Both the position numbers and the translations under genes were made by a program. Positions 34,301-48,379 of a stretch of 64,000 bases of DNA are shown one piece after another (position 1 is the first letter of the stretch; the number at the start of each line of letters is the position of its first letter). This DNA is from the human T2T-CHM13v2.0 reference genome, Homo sapiens, in NCBI RefSeq assembly GCF_009914755.1, contig NC_060938.1; one strand, 5' to 3'. The notes under the pieces were generated by a model, which was given only the letters and a program-made list of their open reading frames with translations, ran no database searches and was not told the origin of the DNA.

Positions 34301-35845
34301 CCTCTTCATCTTATCCAGTGGACCATATCTAATTCTACCACATCATACCCATTCTACAGATGCATAAACCGAAGCTTGGAGTGGTGAAATGCACAAAAGT
34401 ACTCAACCTCTAAATTGCAGACCTGGGCCCAGACATGGACCTTCATAAATGGAGCCCATTTCACTGGGGTGGTGGCCGTGTTTCTGTGGGCTGCCTGGGC
34501 TGGGCCCGTGAGTGGACAGGTTACGGCTCAACAGACTCAGTGGCCTTTCCCCTCTGGCTCTTAGAGGCCAGGGACTTGGAGGATCTCACCAGTCTATCAC
34601 AAAACTTTCAGTTTTTAACGAAGCAGTGAAAATGGCCTTCTGTCTGCCTCTTTGTTTCTTTCTTATTCTGGAAGACAAGTGAGAAGGAAATGGGAAAGAA
34701 ACAAAGAAGAACAAATGTTATGGAAAGTTAGTGGCACCTCCCTCCTCAGCCTGAGCCAGGCCACAGGGACAAAGGCGAATGTCAGAGAAGAGCAGCACCC
34801 CCACCCCTAACCCCAGGCCTGGGGCCTCTGGGTGGCTGAGTGTCCACAGCTCTCTGACCAGTGCTGAAAATGAAAACTCAGGACAAGCTGATCCCCACTG
34901 CCCAGAACAAAGAGAGGCTGGTGCATCTTAGTCACTGCTAATTTCTGGCAAATTACTGGGCTTGGGAGCAGGACTGCTCGTAAAGTTCCTGGTTCACCAA
35001 GCTGGAGGCAATTTATTCAAAGGGAAATCAGGCTGCATCTGCTGAGGGAACGAGGAGACAAGGGAGCCTCTTGCACGCTTGTAATGTCTGAGCCAGATCT
35101 TAGATTCACCTGCAGCAGGCCCAGCCCTTTTCCCCAGCCTGGTTTTTATGCCTTTGGAGAGGTTTGCAGAAGGATGCTCAGAGGGCTGATGGGAGCTCGG
35201 GAGGGTGTGTGTGCGTTCTTTAAAAAATAATAAAGCCCTCGTCCACGCCTGAGGCTGAGCGCATCTGAAAGGAGTCGTGGGTGGGAGGAAATTGCAAATG
35301 TTTTTTTTTTCAGCCTGAGATGGAAGGCGTTGGAACTGGTTCCCAAGGAGAGGAAATGCCCTGTGGGCTCTTAATTCCAAGGTGGCTGGATTCACACACA
35401 CACTGCAGGTGCTCAAGGCAAGAAGGGAGCATTGGGGTCCAGGAGGGCATACATCTTGGGGCTGGAACCCTTGGGAGGGTAGGGGGAGAGAGGGAAGAGG
35501 AGATGTCTTTGCCTTCTTAGGCCTCAGTTTGCCCCGCTGTAAAATGGGACATGGGAGGCTGGACTACAATGGTTCCTTTTAGTGTGGACATTCTGGATTC
35601 TGAACCTAGAGAAAAAGGACAGGTGAGAAGAGGAGGTTCTTCCTGAGCCCTAATATGTGGACAGCACTTCAGTTTACAAGACTCTTTAAATCCATCATCC
35701 ATTTTTTTCTTTTTCATCATCATTATCATGGCAGACATACAGAAGAGGACATACACAAATGGAAAGTGTATGAATAACTGTAATTGTAATAATCATAAGG
35801 AAAACACCTGTGTAACCAACAACCCAGGTCAAGCTTGAATGATAG

Positions 35846-36313
<468 letters not shown>

Positions 36314-37469
36314 TAGTGTTGCCTATTCCTGAACTGTATATAAATGGACTCATATAATATGTGTTATTTGTGTTCAGCTTCTTTTACTCAAAGTCACGGT
36401 TGTGACATTTGGCTGTTACACAGATGAAAAAAATGAGGTCCCAGAGAAGATAAACGACACATCAAAGGTCACATAACTAGTCGTGGCAAAGCTGGACATG
36501 AGCCATGCCTTCTGCCCACTCCACTACCCAGAGTGACCAGCTGTTGGTGGTGACTTCCATTTCCAGCAATATGGTGGACTAGATAGCCTGAGAACAGGAG
36601 AGATGGTCCCTGTGGCTGAGCCGAGATCACAGGCCCCAGATGGGGAGCCTCTATCCCCTGTGCTTCATGGTAGGGTGCCATACCTGGAATCATCTCCCCA
36701 CCGAGACAAAAAACATGGCAGGGAGGTAATTCCCCAAAAGGAAATGGGAGTGAATTAGAAAGGGGATGGATGCTGGACAGCCAAAAACAACATGTCCCTT
36801 TATTTGTCCTGTGCAAATGAAGGACAGTCATTTTTAATTTTTCCTGTCTCACTTCTTAATATACAAGTTAGGACAAAGTGTCAGAATCAACCCCTAAGAA
36901 CATGTCAGGCATCCTCGTCTCTCAGATCAACAGTTAGCAAATGAAGCTGATGGAAACATTGATTTTCTGAATTTCTTCTCCAAGCTTTGAATTTTCTCCT
37001 CACTCTTGCTCATGAAGCTGACACAAAACTAACATAAAATCATGGCATTTTATGGCAGCTGGATGCCCGCAGGGCCAACTTTTCCAGCTTCTGCTTGGAC
37101 AATTGTTCTTTCATGTTACCTCTGCCTTTGCCTGGACCCTCAACTTCATGCCAGAGACCTCCCCAGTCTTGAACAACACCTTGAAAAGCGCTATTAATCA
37201 AACAGCTTCCAACAGGGGCATAAAGTGGTTTCCTCATATCCTCTTAAGTGGAGCCCCTGGCAAGTCATTTACATCCTAGCATGCAGAGAGGGTCAGGTTT
37301 TCAGAAGAAATTAGCAGCTGGGATGAGATTTGTGGGGAGGGAGAGATTCTTGTCTGAAGAGGGGAGATAGGAAGGGAGAGGAAATGAATATCTGAACAAA
37401 TTAGACTGGTAGAGCCTGGGGTGTGGGAATGGCAGCCTAGAAATCACAACACGGGGGTCCAAGTGTTTA

Positions 37470-37487
37470 GGGAGGGGGCAGGGTGGG
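37470..37487 (+). other. short-loop G-quadruplex motif
   Basis: GGGAGGGGGCAGGGTGGG. Confidence 0.55.
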
Positions 37488-39427
37488 CAGAATAATGGCT
37501 TGGCCCAGCCCCTGGGATAGGGCAGGTCCTCTAGGGTGCTCCTGACATAGCCTCTTCCAGGAGGGCACAGAGCTTTCTCCAGGGACCCCCCAGCCTCAGA
37601 TGGAGCAGCAGGCACTGGACTGGATGTTGGGGAGCCCTGGAGACATGTGTGGCGCTGCTGTAAATATGCTCATGTCTTAGGTCATTTGAGGCTTACAACC
37701 ACCCAGCACATTTTATTGGCATCATTATTTTATCTTGAAAGAGAACAGTGCTGTTCCCTTTTGCCAGGTGGGAAAATAGAGGCACAACGATGCTTGAAGC
37801 TGCGCCGTGGCAGAGCCAGGATGTGAAACTCTGGCCACCTGACTTAATTTTTTTAAAAAGGTTAAAAAATGAGGGGATGGGACTGAGCAATATCCACGGT
37901 CCTTTCCCATTCCACCATCCGAGTGGCTGATGGTCTTGTCTATTGGCTTTCTTGCAGTCTAGGGTCACATAGGGCAATGAAACAAACCTTACAAAAAAAC
38001 AAGCTGCTTTGTAAAAGATGAGCCTGTCAGGCTAACCCGATTTCCTTCCTTGAGATCATGAGATTATGAGAGAACAGCCAGGTGGCCTGTGGAGTGCGGA
38101 TGTAAGCAAAGGGTCCCAGGAATCTCCCCTGCGTTTTGTGCCTCTCTGAACCAAGCATACGCTGCCTCCTACCTCTAATGCTGGGGGAGCTCACCCTACC
38201 TCTCCAGGACACACCACCCACTGCCCAGCCCACTGCCTGGCCAGCACACACCATCAGAAACACCAGTGAGAGGACTGAAGACAGGCCTCTGCCATCCTCT
38301 CGCCATTGAGCAATACCAGGTCTGCATAAGGTGGGGTCCACCCACACAGAGTCAAGTAACCCAATGCTTTCATTGGCCTGATTTAACCCTGGAGACTGCT
38401 TAAGCAGAAAAGCAAAGACAAGTCATAGAGGGTGGCACGGAAGAGCCGCCCGGTCATGCTGGAAACAAACAAGGCCCTGGGGTGAGAGAGAGAAAAAGGT
38501 GGCACCAGCTCTGGGGTTAAGCTCTGAGTGTCAGGATTGAAGTTATGGTAGTGCTTGGAGCCCTTGGGCTTCCCCGTTCCCTGGACAGATGACACTGTCA
38601 GCTTGGGAGGAGCCTGCCCAAGTCCACGTAGCTCATGGGAGGGTGGAGCGACAGTTCAGGCAGAATCTCTGGAACCAAGTCTAGTGCTCATTCCGCCTGC
38701 CTACATGCCTTCTCATCTGGTACCAGTGCAGGAAGCCATACCCTCTGCGACACTGGTTCCAGCACCCAGGAGGCCCCATCTGCAATGCCAGAAACAGGAG
38801 ACTCAGAAACAGGAAAGTGAGCTTGTCCCATTTTGCAAGGGAACCTTCTGTGATGGTGACTCAACAGCAGCTGCATCCCCTGAGTTCTCAGAACTCCTCC
38901 ATCCAGAAACAGAGTGCCCAGGAGTAGGACCGGCTTGGCAGCTCTCTGTGCCTCTCCAGGGCAGGGGGACACGCCTGGTCATGGCCTCAGGTGCCTCGGC
39001 TAGCAGGCCCCACCTTGGCAGCCTGTGTTGTGTCTCCTGGGAGTGGATGTTTCCTAAGTGCTCCACTCACTCTCCCAGTTCCCCTGACACAGTGACACAA
39101 ATGGAATGCTCATTACACATGCATGACAGTGCTCATGACACAGGTGAGTTCATTTACATTTCACAATAACTCACTGAGGCTGATGGGGTATTGCACAATA
39201 GCATTTTACCAGTGAGGACTCTAAGGCATAGCAAGGCTAAGTGCCCTGCCTGTATTAGTTAAGCACAACTAGTAAGCGGCGAAGCCAGGATTGCAAACCC
39301 AGACAGCCTGGTTCTCAAGTCCATGACCCCAACAACTGCACTGTAAAGGAAATGAAGGAAATGAGCTTTCCCAGAGCGAGGTTCCCTCCTCCTTTCTCCT
39401 TTCTGTGGTAATTTCACTCACTCAGGA

Positions 39428-39443
39428 CTGCTTGCTTGCTTTC

Positions 39444-39520
<77 letters not shown>

Positions 39521-39544
39521 CCTTCCTTCCTTCCTTCCTTCCTT
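39428..39544. repeat. compound polypyrimidine microsatellite (CTTT)n(CT)n(CTTC)n
   Basis: Direct reading; abuts an Alu tail. Confidence 0.95.
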
Positions 39545-39547
39545 GGT

Positions 39548-39857
39548 TTTTTGTTTGTTTGTTTTGTTTTGAGCCAGGGTCTCTCTCTGTCACCTAGGCT
39601 GGAGTACAATAGGTCAAACACAGTCCATGGCAGCCTTGACCTCCTGGGCTCAAACAATCCTCTCACCTCAGTCTCCTGGGTAGCAGAGACCCACAGGTGT
39701 AAGTCACCACAATGGGCTTATCATTATTTTCTATTTTTTGTAGAGATGTGGTCTCCCTATGTTGCCCGGGCTGGTCTCGAACACTTGGGCTCAGATGATT
39801 CTCCCACCTCAGCCTCCCAAGGTGCTGGGATTACAGGGATGAGCCACCATGTTGGTC
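39548..39857 (-). mobile_element. Alu (AluJ)
   Basis: Diverged reverse Alu. Confidence 0.9.
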
Positions 39858-40207
39858 ACCATTTCTTTTTAAGAAACCACCCCTCTTCCATCCCATGAGA
39901 TCAGTGGGCGGGCACAGTGCTCAGGCTGGACCAATCAGACTCTCTGGGTGCCTGTCACTTAGGCTGAATGACAAAGAAGCCTGAAGTCCCCCTCCCAGTG
40001 GTGCCCTCCAAATCCGCACTTCTGACAAAGTTTTCTGAAACTGCCTTTGTTTCTTCAGCTTTTCTTTAACTTCTATAACCTATCCAGTTTGTTCCTAATA
40101 AATGGCACTTTTTTCCTCTGCTTGTGAGCCAAAATTAGGTTCTACAATTCAAGAACCCTATGGATACGACCATCACAGAAGTGATTTGCCTTTCATTTTG
40201 TATACTT

Positions 40208-40795
<588 letters not shown>

Positions 40796-41915
40796 TTCAT
40801 ATGCTCTAGTGGGCACCAAACATGTGTCCAAACAGGTCTAGATTCAAATGTAGATTCTGCCACTCATTAGCTGTTGTGATCTTGACGAAGCAACCTCACC
40901 TCTTCCAGCTTCAGATTCTTCATCTGAAAAATGAAGATACAACCTGGTTGTACCATTATAAGGAATATTCCAGGAAGAGAAAGAGCAGGTGCAGAGAAAT
41001 AGAAGTACGAGAGTGTTTGCCTCAGGCCACAGTGGCAGGTTTCATGAATGGCTCCCACTCTTCAGCCCTCCCTCTGTGCACACCCTTTGCCATGTAACTT
41101 TGCAGTGCCCTCCTTATTGTAGGTGGGAGGTACTTCCCTACCTCTTGATTTTGAGATTTAACCTTAGCCACGTGTTTTGGTCAACGGGGTGATAGCAGAT
41201 ATGGCTCAAGCAGAGACTTGCAAAGGGCTTGCAGGACTGAGTTTCCTCTCTTGTGCCACTATCATTGCCTTCAGGTGGACATAGCCAGGATAGCCCACTG
41301 GTCCCAGCAGGAGGCGGGAGACGCATGGAACAGGGGCATCCCCAACTGACCCAGCCTAAGGCAGCTGATCACCTAGATCAAAGCTCATTAGAGATGAGGA
41401 GAACCAGTCAAGCTCAGCCTGAATCAGCCAACACCCAGCTGACTGACAGACATGTGAGGAATGAGGAATGATTGCTATTTTGAGCCACAGAGATTTGGGA
41501 TAGTTCATTATGGAACAACTGCTAACAGGTACATAAATTGGTACCCAGAAGTGTGGTGCTGCCATAACAAAACTTAAAATATGCAGCACTGGTTTTTTAG
41601 GACTGGGTGGTAGGAATGAGTAAACTATTAGGGGAGGCAGGAAAAATAGCAAAGAAACTGCAATTGGAGGTGGAAGAAGAGGCAACCCCATTGTGTAATA
41701 GGGAATTATTAGCTAAAATTGTTGTCTTTAGTAACTTATTGGGAAATAAGTGTATCTAATGAACTCTTGGTCTTGGGCAAAGAGATTTCTAGGCAGAATA
41801 CTGAAAGCATCCTTTGGCTTTTATGGTTGTGTTTGATAAGGTACTGCAAAAAAAAGAGATGACTTCAGAAAATAACTGCCTAGTTTGAAAGCAGTATTAG
41901 AAAGAATATAGAAAA

Positions 41916-42300
<385 letters not shown>

Positions 42301-43295
42301 TTATGTTGGCAAAAGGACTCCCAGCCTGCATGAAAAAATACCAAGGCTGTTTAAAATGCAAAAAGACCTCTGGGTAGGAAGCAGTCTGAAAAGATTGCCT
42401 AAAGGATGTGTTTTACAATGCCTTCAGAAGTGACTAAGGAGGGTGATAGAAAAGGAAGAACATCGCAGAGGCTGGAGCAGGAGCCATGCAGAAAATGGAG
42501 ATGAACCTCTCTCTGGATGGAAATCTGGGAGCTAATCAGGGAATATTACCTACCGCCAGGACAAAGGCAACTGGAAACATTTTCCTAGCAGGATTTCAGA
42601 ATTGCTATGGACCAGTGACGGCTATGGGCCTCTGTTTCTTCCCCTGTTTGAGTGGCAATGTTTACTGCAGGTAAGGTGGATAACTTACCAACAGATCTCT
42701 GGATTACGAGGAGCTGCATCTGAACCTGATGAGACCATGAGAAAGTGGATTTTGGCTCGATGCCATTGGTTGCTTAGGGGTTGTTTTGGAGTCTTGTGAT
42801 GGGAGAAAATGAATTTTGCATACTGGAAGGACCTGGATAGTTGGGGTCATGGGCATGGAGTGTGGTAGTTTGATGACATTAATGGACGCAATTCTTCACC
42901 TTTCCCTATAACTATGTCCTTTGCCATGTAACTTTGCAGTGCCCCCCTATGGTGGGCAGGAGGCAGTTCCTCACGCTTTGATTTAGCCTCAGTCATGTGA
43001 CCTGCTTTGGCCAATGGGATGTTAACAAACATGACACAGCACTTGCATGATGGAGCTTGTCCCCTTGCACCTCTGACATCACCGTAAGAAGAATATGCTC
43101 AGGCTAGTGTCGTGATCTATGGAGCAGGACAAAAGCAGTAGAACCACCTCAAGCTGGCTAGCTGCAGACATATGCATGAGTCCATAAACCCCTGAAGAAC
43201 CACCAAACCAACCCAGCGTAAGTCAGCCGACCCCCAGCCAATGCATAGACACATAAAAAACAAAAAATACATGACTGCTGGTTTAAGCAACGGAG

Positions 43296-43618
43296 TTTTT
43301 TTGTTTGTTTGTTGTTGTTTGTTTGTTTTCTTTTTTGAGACAGGGTTTCACTCTGTCGCCAAGGCTGGAGTGCAGTGACATGATCTCAGCTGACTGTAAC
43401 CTCCACCTCCCGGGTTGAAGCGATTCTCGTGCCTCAGCCTCCTGAGTAGCTGGGATTACAGACGTGTGCCACCACACTTGGCTAATTTTTGTATTTTTAG
43501 TAGAGATGGGGTTTCACCATGTTGGCCAGGCTGCTCTTGAACTCCTGACCTCAAGTGATCCGCCCACCTAGGCCTCCCAAAGTGCTGGGATTACAGGTGT
43601 AAGCCACTGGTCCTGGCC
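43296..43618 (-). mobile_element. Alu (AluS)
   Basis: Reverse Alu; TSD taagcaacggag. Confidence 0.95.
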
Positions 43619-44243
43619 TAAGCAACGGAGGTTTAAAGTGATTTTTAATGCAGCAGTTCTAACTAATATAGACACAAAGTGGAATTTTTCTCCACGTGAG
43701 GCTGCTAGCCACACACAAAGATGAAATGAACTCCCTTGTCGTGTAAGAATCTCTCCAACGCTGATCACTATAATAGTAACAAAAGCTGCCACTTATTGAA
43801 CTCTCATTTTGGGCTCTGTGAGAAGTGCCACGTATATATTATCTCGTCAAATTCTTGCAACAGCCTTAAGAAGCGGGTATGATTATTTCCATTTTACAGA
43901 TAAAAAAAAAAAAGCCCTAAGGCTCAGAGAGGTTAAGAAACAAAGCCAAGGTCACGTAGCGAATAAGTGGTAGAGTTTGGATTCAAGTACAGGCTGGTCT
44001 ACCTCCCAAAGCTATGCCAGAGAGGTGGCACAGGCACTGTTGTTAATGGGGTTTCTTGGGAATAAGTGGCCCCATTCTTCAGGTCAAACTATGGGTCACA
44101 CAGTACTTGTTGGTTTTGTTTTTCCAATATAATTTAATATAAGAAACTTACAGTATTCAATATAACAATTAAACACTTGCCCAGTCCAAGTCCCCTTTTC
44201 TCCCCGATGCCATTCCCTCTGTTTTGGAGAACTGAAAAGATGA

Positions 44244-44771
<528 letters not shown>

Positions 44772-45269
44772 TAGGGTGGACTGGAAATATCCAGTCTGGA
44801 ACCCCACTTTTTCCACATGCAAAGAAGATGCCCAAGGAGAAGGAATGGCAAGAGGGAGAGAATGGGAGTTGGATCGGGCGTCGGAAGACAGTCAGGATTT
44901 GGATAATTGAAGACATCTGAAAGAAGAATTTGCTCATCCAAGGTCCTGGAGCTAGGATGGGGCAGGGCTGGGACTGAGCACAGACCCAGGTATGTGTGCT
45001 TCTCCCTCCAATACTGCGTTGTGGGGAACTCTGCCCTGGCACCTCCTGCCATGGCGCTGGGCATAGGCCTGTCCACCCTCTGACACAATGCCCATGGGCA
45101 CCTGCAGCCCTGGGTGAAAGCCTCCTAGGGAGGGGCAGGTGACAGAGTGGTGTCCTGAGTTGGCAGAGTGTGGTGGTCACAGCTTGGGCTCTGCAGCCAG
45201 ACGACCTGGGACCAAATCCTCACTGTGGTACCCACTAGCTGCATGACCTCAGGCAAGTCACTTAACCTC

Positions 45270-45540
45270 TTTTATTTTTAAACATTTTATTTTGAGAGAA
45301 TTTTAGATCTACAAAAGAGTTGCAGCAAGAGTTCCCATATACTGTTTGCCCAGTGTCACCTAATGTTAGCATCTGACATTACCTAGTGCATTCATCAAAA
45401 CTAAGAAATTAACATTGGTACACTGCTATTAACTCCACTCCAGACTTTATCCAGATGTCTCCAGTTTTTCCACCAATGCCCTTTTTCTGTTCTGGGATCT
45501 AATCCAGGATACCAGCTTGCATTTAGATGTCACCTCTCTT
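45270..45540 (-). mobile_element. L1MC-type 3' fragment inserted in a MIR
   Basis: aattttagat...caaaactaagaaattaacattggtaca...atccaggatacc; MIR halves on both sides. Confidence 0.7.
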
Positions 45541-46619
45541 CAATATCCTCATCTATAACGTGGGGAGGATGGTAATGACGGCATCAATCCCATGGTCCTG
45601 CTGTGAGGAGCAAGCGACTGCTCACAGATGTACTGCATTAGCTGGTGCCTGGCACAGAAAAGTGTTCCATTAACTAGAGGCCACGATCCTTATGCTTAAG
45701 CCCTGTGATATTGTCTCATGCCCTCTGAGAGCCTATCTTGGAATGTGAGCCCAGGCCTTGCCCACTCACTCAGGGCCTAGGTTATTTTGTGCCCCTCTGG
45801 CAGGCTGGGTGGGGTGTCAGCCAACCCAGCCACTATCACTGAGGCCCACAGGGGCACTCCCTCTCACCCTACAAACTGGCCAGGGGTCTGGGGCATTGGC
45901 TAAGGACCTGCTTTGGAATTAGGCAGTCCTGGATTCAAATCCTGCCCTCCCCAATTAGTCCCTCTGTGAACTCAGGCAAATCAATGAATTTCTCTGAGCC
46001 TCCATTGCCCCTGCCTCCCAGGGTGGCTAGAAGAGAGGGTGGTTGACAGTAGATGTCAGCCTCAGGCAGGGTACACAGCAGCCTCCCTATTTTCTGTAGC
46101 CCACTGCCATGCTTCCCAGGGCGAGCTCTCCCCATGCTGTTCTGCAGCTGGGCTCGCCAGGCTTGGTGCCTGCTCGCACTTATGTGTCCACATTTGGACA
46201 TATGGCCTGGCTAATGGGGAACCCAGTCTGCCCAGTCTGCAGTTCCGTCTCCTCTCGCTTCCCTCCCCACCCCTTACTTGTCCCCAGCTGATGCTTCTGC
46301 AGAAAAGCCAAGCCAGGCCATCAGGACCCTCCCTGAAGGGCGGTCTAGGGTGGCACGGCCATATGCGCCACCATCCCGGTCTCCTCCCAGAGCCTCTCCA
46401 GCACCACCCTCGATTAGGGCTTCTGGTTGGCATCGTGACTTGGAAAGGAGGGACGCAGGCTGCCGGAGACCATGCTCTGCTGCTCATCTTCTCTCTGGGC
46501 TCCTGTCCCAGCTCCAGTGTCTCCTATTTCGGCTCTGCATCCTACCTTCCCACCCCCCTGGCATGCCCCAGTCCCCTCGGACCCTGAGCCTATGAAATCC
46601 TGACTACAAAAATGGTGAG

Positions 46620-47112
46620 TGTGTGGTAGCAAGTGTGTGAAGATTCAAAGCCTGCCTCTGTCACTTCCCAGTGGTGTGACCTTAGGCAAATCCCTTAACC
46701 TCCCTGTGCCTCATCTGTCAAATGGCAGTAAAGATTGTACCTACCTCAAAGGGTTATTGAGAGGAGTAAATTAATTAAGGCAAGATGCTTTTATTAACTG
46801 ATCGCATTAACGTACAGTGCTTAGAACGATGCTGCGGAGCTGATGTTATCATTGTCATTAGCAGGGCTGATACTCAGAGAGGTGGTGGCAGCTGGAAGAG
46901 GAACTTCTGGTTTTGGTTTCAGATAAAACCAGAGCTCTGGGCCTGTATCCTGGCTCCTTTACTTCCTAGCTGTGTGACTTTCGGTCAGTCACTCAAACAC
47001 CCTTGATTTCCCTGGTTTCCTCATCTGTAAAATGGGGAGGAAAGCAATAACCACCTTGTAAGTTGTTGGGAGGGTTTGATGAGATGATGCGTGAAAGCGC
47101 CTAGCACAGAGC
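46620..47112 (+). mobile_element. two MIR copies
   Basis: tgtgaccttaggcaaatcccttaacctc and gtttcctcatctgtaaaatgggg MIR cores. Confidence 0.7.
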
Positions 47113-47559
47113 CAAGAACAACCCGCAGGCCCTCAGTGGATACTTGGTAGATGGCAGGAGGATGGGTGGAAGTCCCTGCCTTTGCCTGCAGCATGGGATT
47201 TCAGACCTTGGTTCTCATCCTCAGAAGGGGCTCCCCGAAGGCCTGGGCAGGGGAGGGCCCTGGTGTCTCTGGGTTCCTGTCCCAGCTGCAGAGTTCCCCA
47301 ACCGGAGCCCACAGGACCAGTCACATCCTGTTTCTCTTTTAGGCACCTTCTTTTGGGACCCAGCGCCCCAGATAGTATCCTGCTATTCATTTAGCTTATG
47401 GTGGGTGTAGGGTGGAATGTTTAGGTAAAACTTCACAAAGAGCTAGACTTCAGGTGGGCCTTGAAGAACAGTAAGTATGCCAACAGGTGGAGAGAAGGGG
47501 GCGGAGATGGTGTTTGCTGTACACTGGCTGCATTTGTGGATCCAGAGAAGGGCCTCTGC

Positions 47560-47985
47560 ACATTTGTGCCCTTTGCAGTGAGGCTCTGCTGCTCCTCTCC
47601 ACCTTCTGGATCTTGGGTGGCCTCAATACTTGCTTTAGCAGGGAGAAGTGCAGCAGAAGTGATGATGTGCCAGTCCTGAGCCTAAGCCACGAGAGGCCTT
47701 GCAGGCTGCAACTGCCACCTCAGTGTACTTAAGCCTGGGCTAGCTTCTTGGAGCATGAGAGGCCACACAGAGCAGAGCCAAGCCAGCCCAGGTGTCCCAG
47801 CTGAGGACCTGGACAAGTGGGAGAGCCCAATCTACACCCCAATCTGCCAGCTCACCACAGATGCAGACACATGAGTGAGACCAGCCAAGGTCAGAACTGC
47901 CCTGCTGAAGGAAGCACATGCTCTTAAGCCACTGGATTTGGTGGTTTATTGAGTATCACTGTGACCATAGGCAACCGAGACAGTG
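47560..47985 (+). mobile_element. MLT1 LTR fragment
   Basis: gcagcagaagtgatgatgtgccagtcctgagcct...cagaactgccctgctga...ttaagccactgg. Confidence 0.6.
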
Positions 47986-48379
47986 AAGGTAGAGAGAATG
48001 GAGAGGCAAACATGCAGAGGAGGGACAGTGTGGGAGTGCCTGGTGGGGGATGAGAAGCCCAGAATTTCTGATTCATACGGGCCTGATGGCAACCCCAAGT
48101 TCCCTCAAGCCAGGAGGTCTGAAGCCTGTGTGGCCAGTGACCTGCCCGCTGCCGAATGATGGATTAAGCGCATGTCTGATGTACCGAATTGGCCACCAGA
48201 CTGCTGGTTGGATGTCTGCCAGGTTCCCTCACAAGCAGGCCTGCCTGATATGTTTTCTCAGCCTGTTTTTTCCTATTTGCCAGAGCCCAGGCCTTTGAAA
48301 CTGCTATCACAAGGCTGCTTCCACTTCCCCCCGTGGATCCTGGTGGAAGTTTCTTGATGTTGAGCAAGAACTCCCAGAA

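Noticed and set aside
38555-39169. Longest ORF (204 aa), also the 185 aa ORF at 22523 and 182 aa ORF at 46039
   Set aside because: Non-ATG starts, GC-rich low-stop sequence, overlapping ORFs in several frames and no recognisable domain
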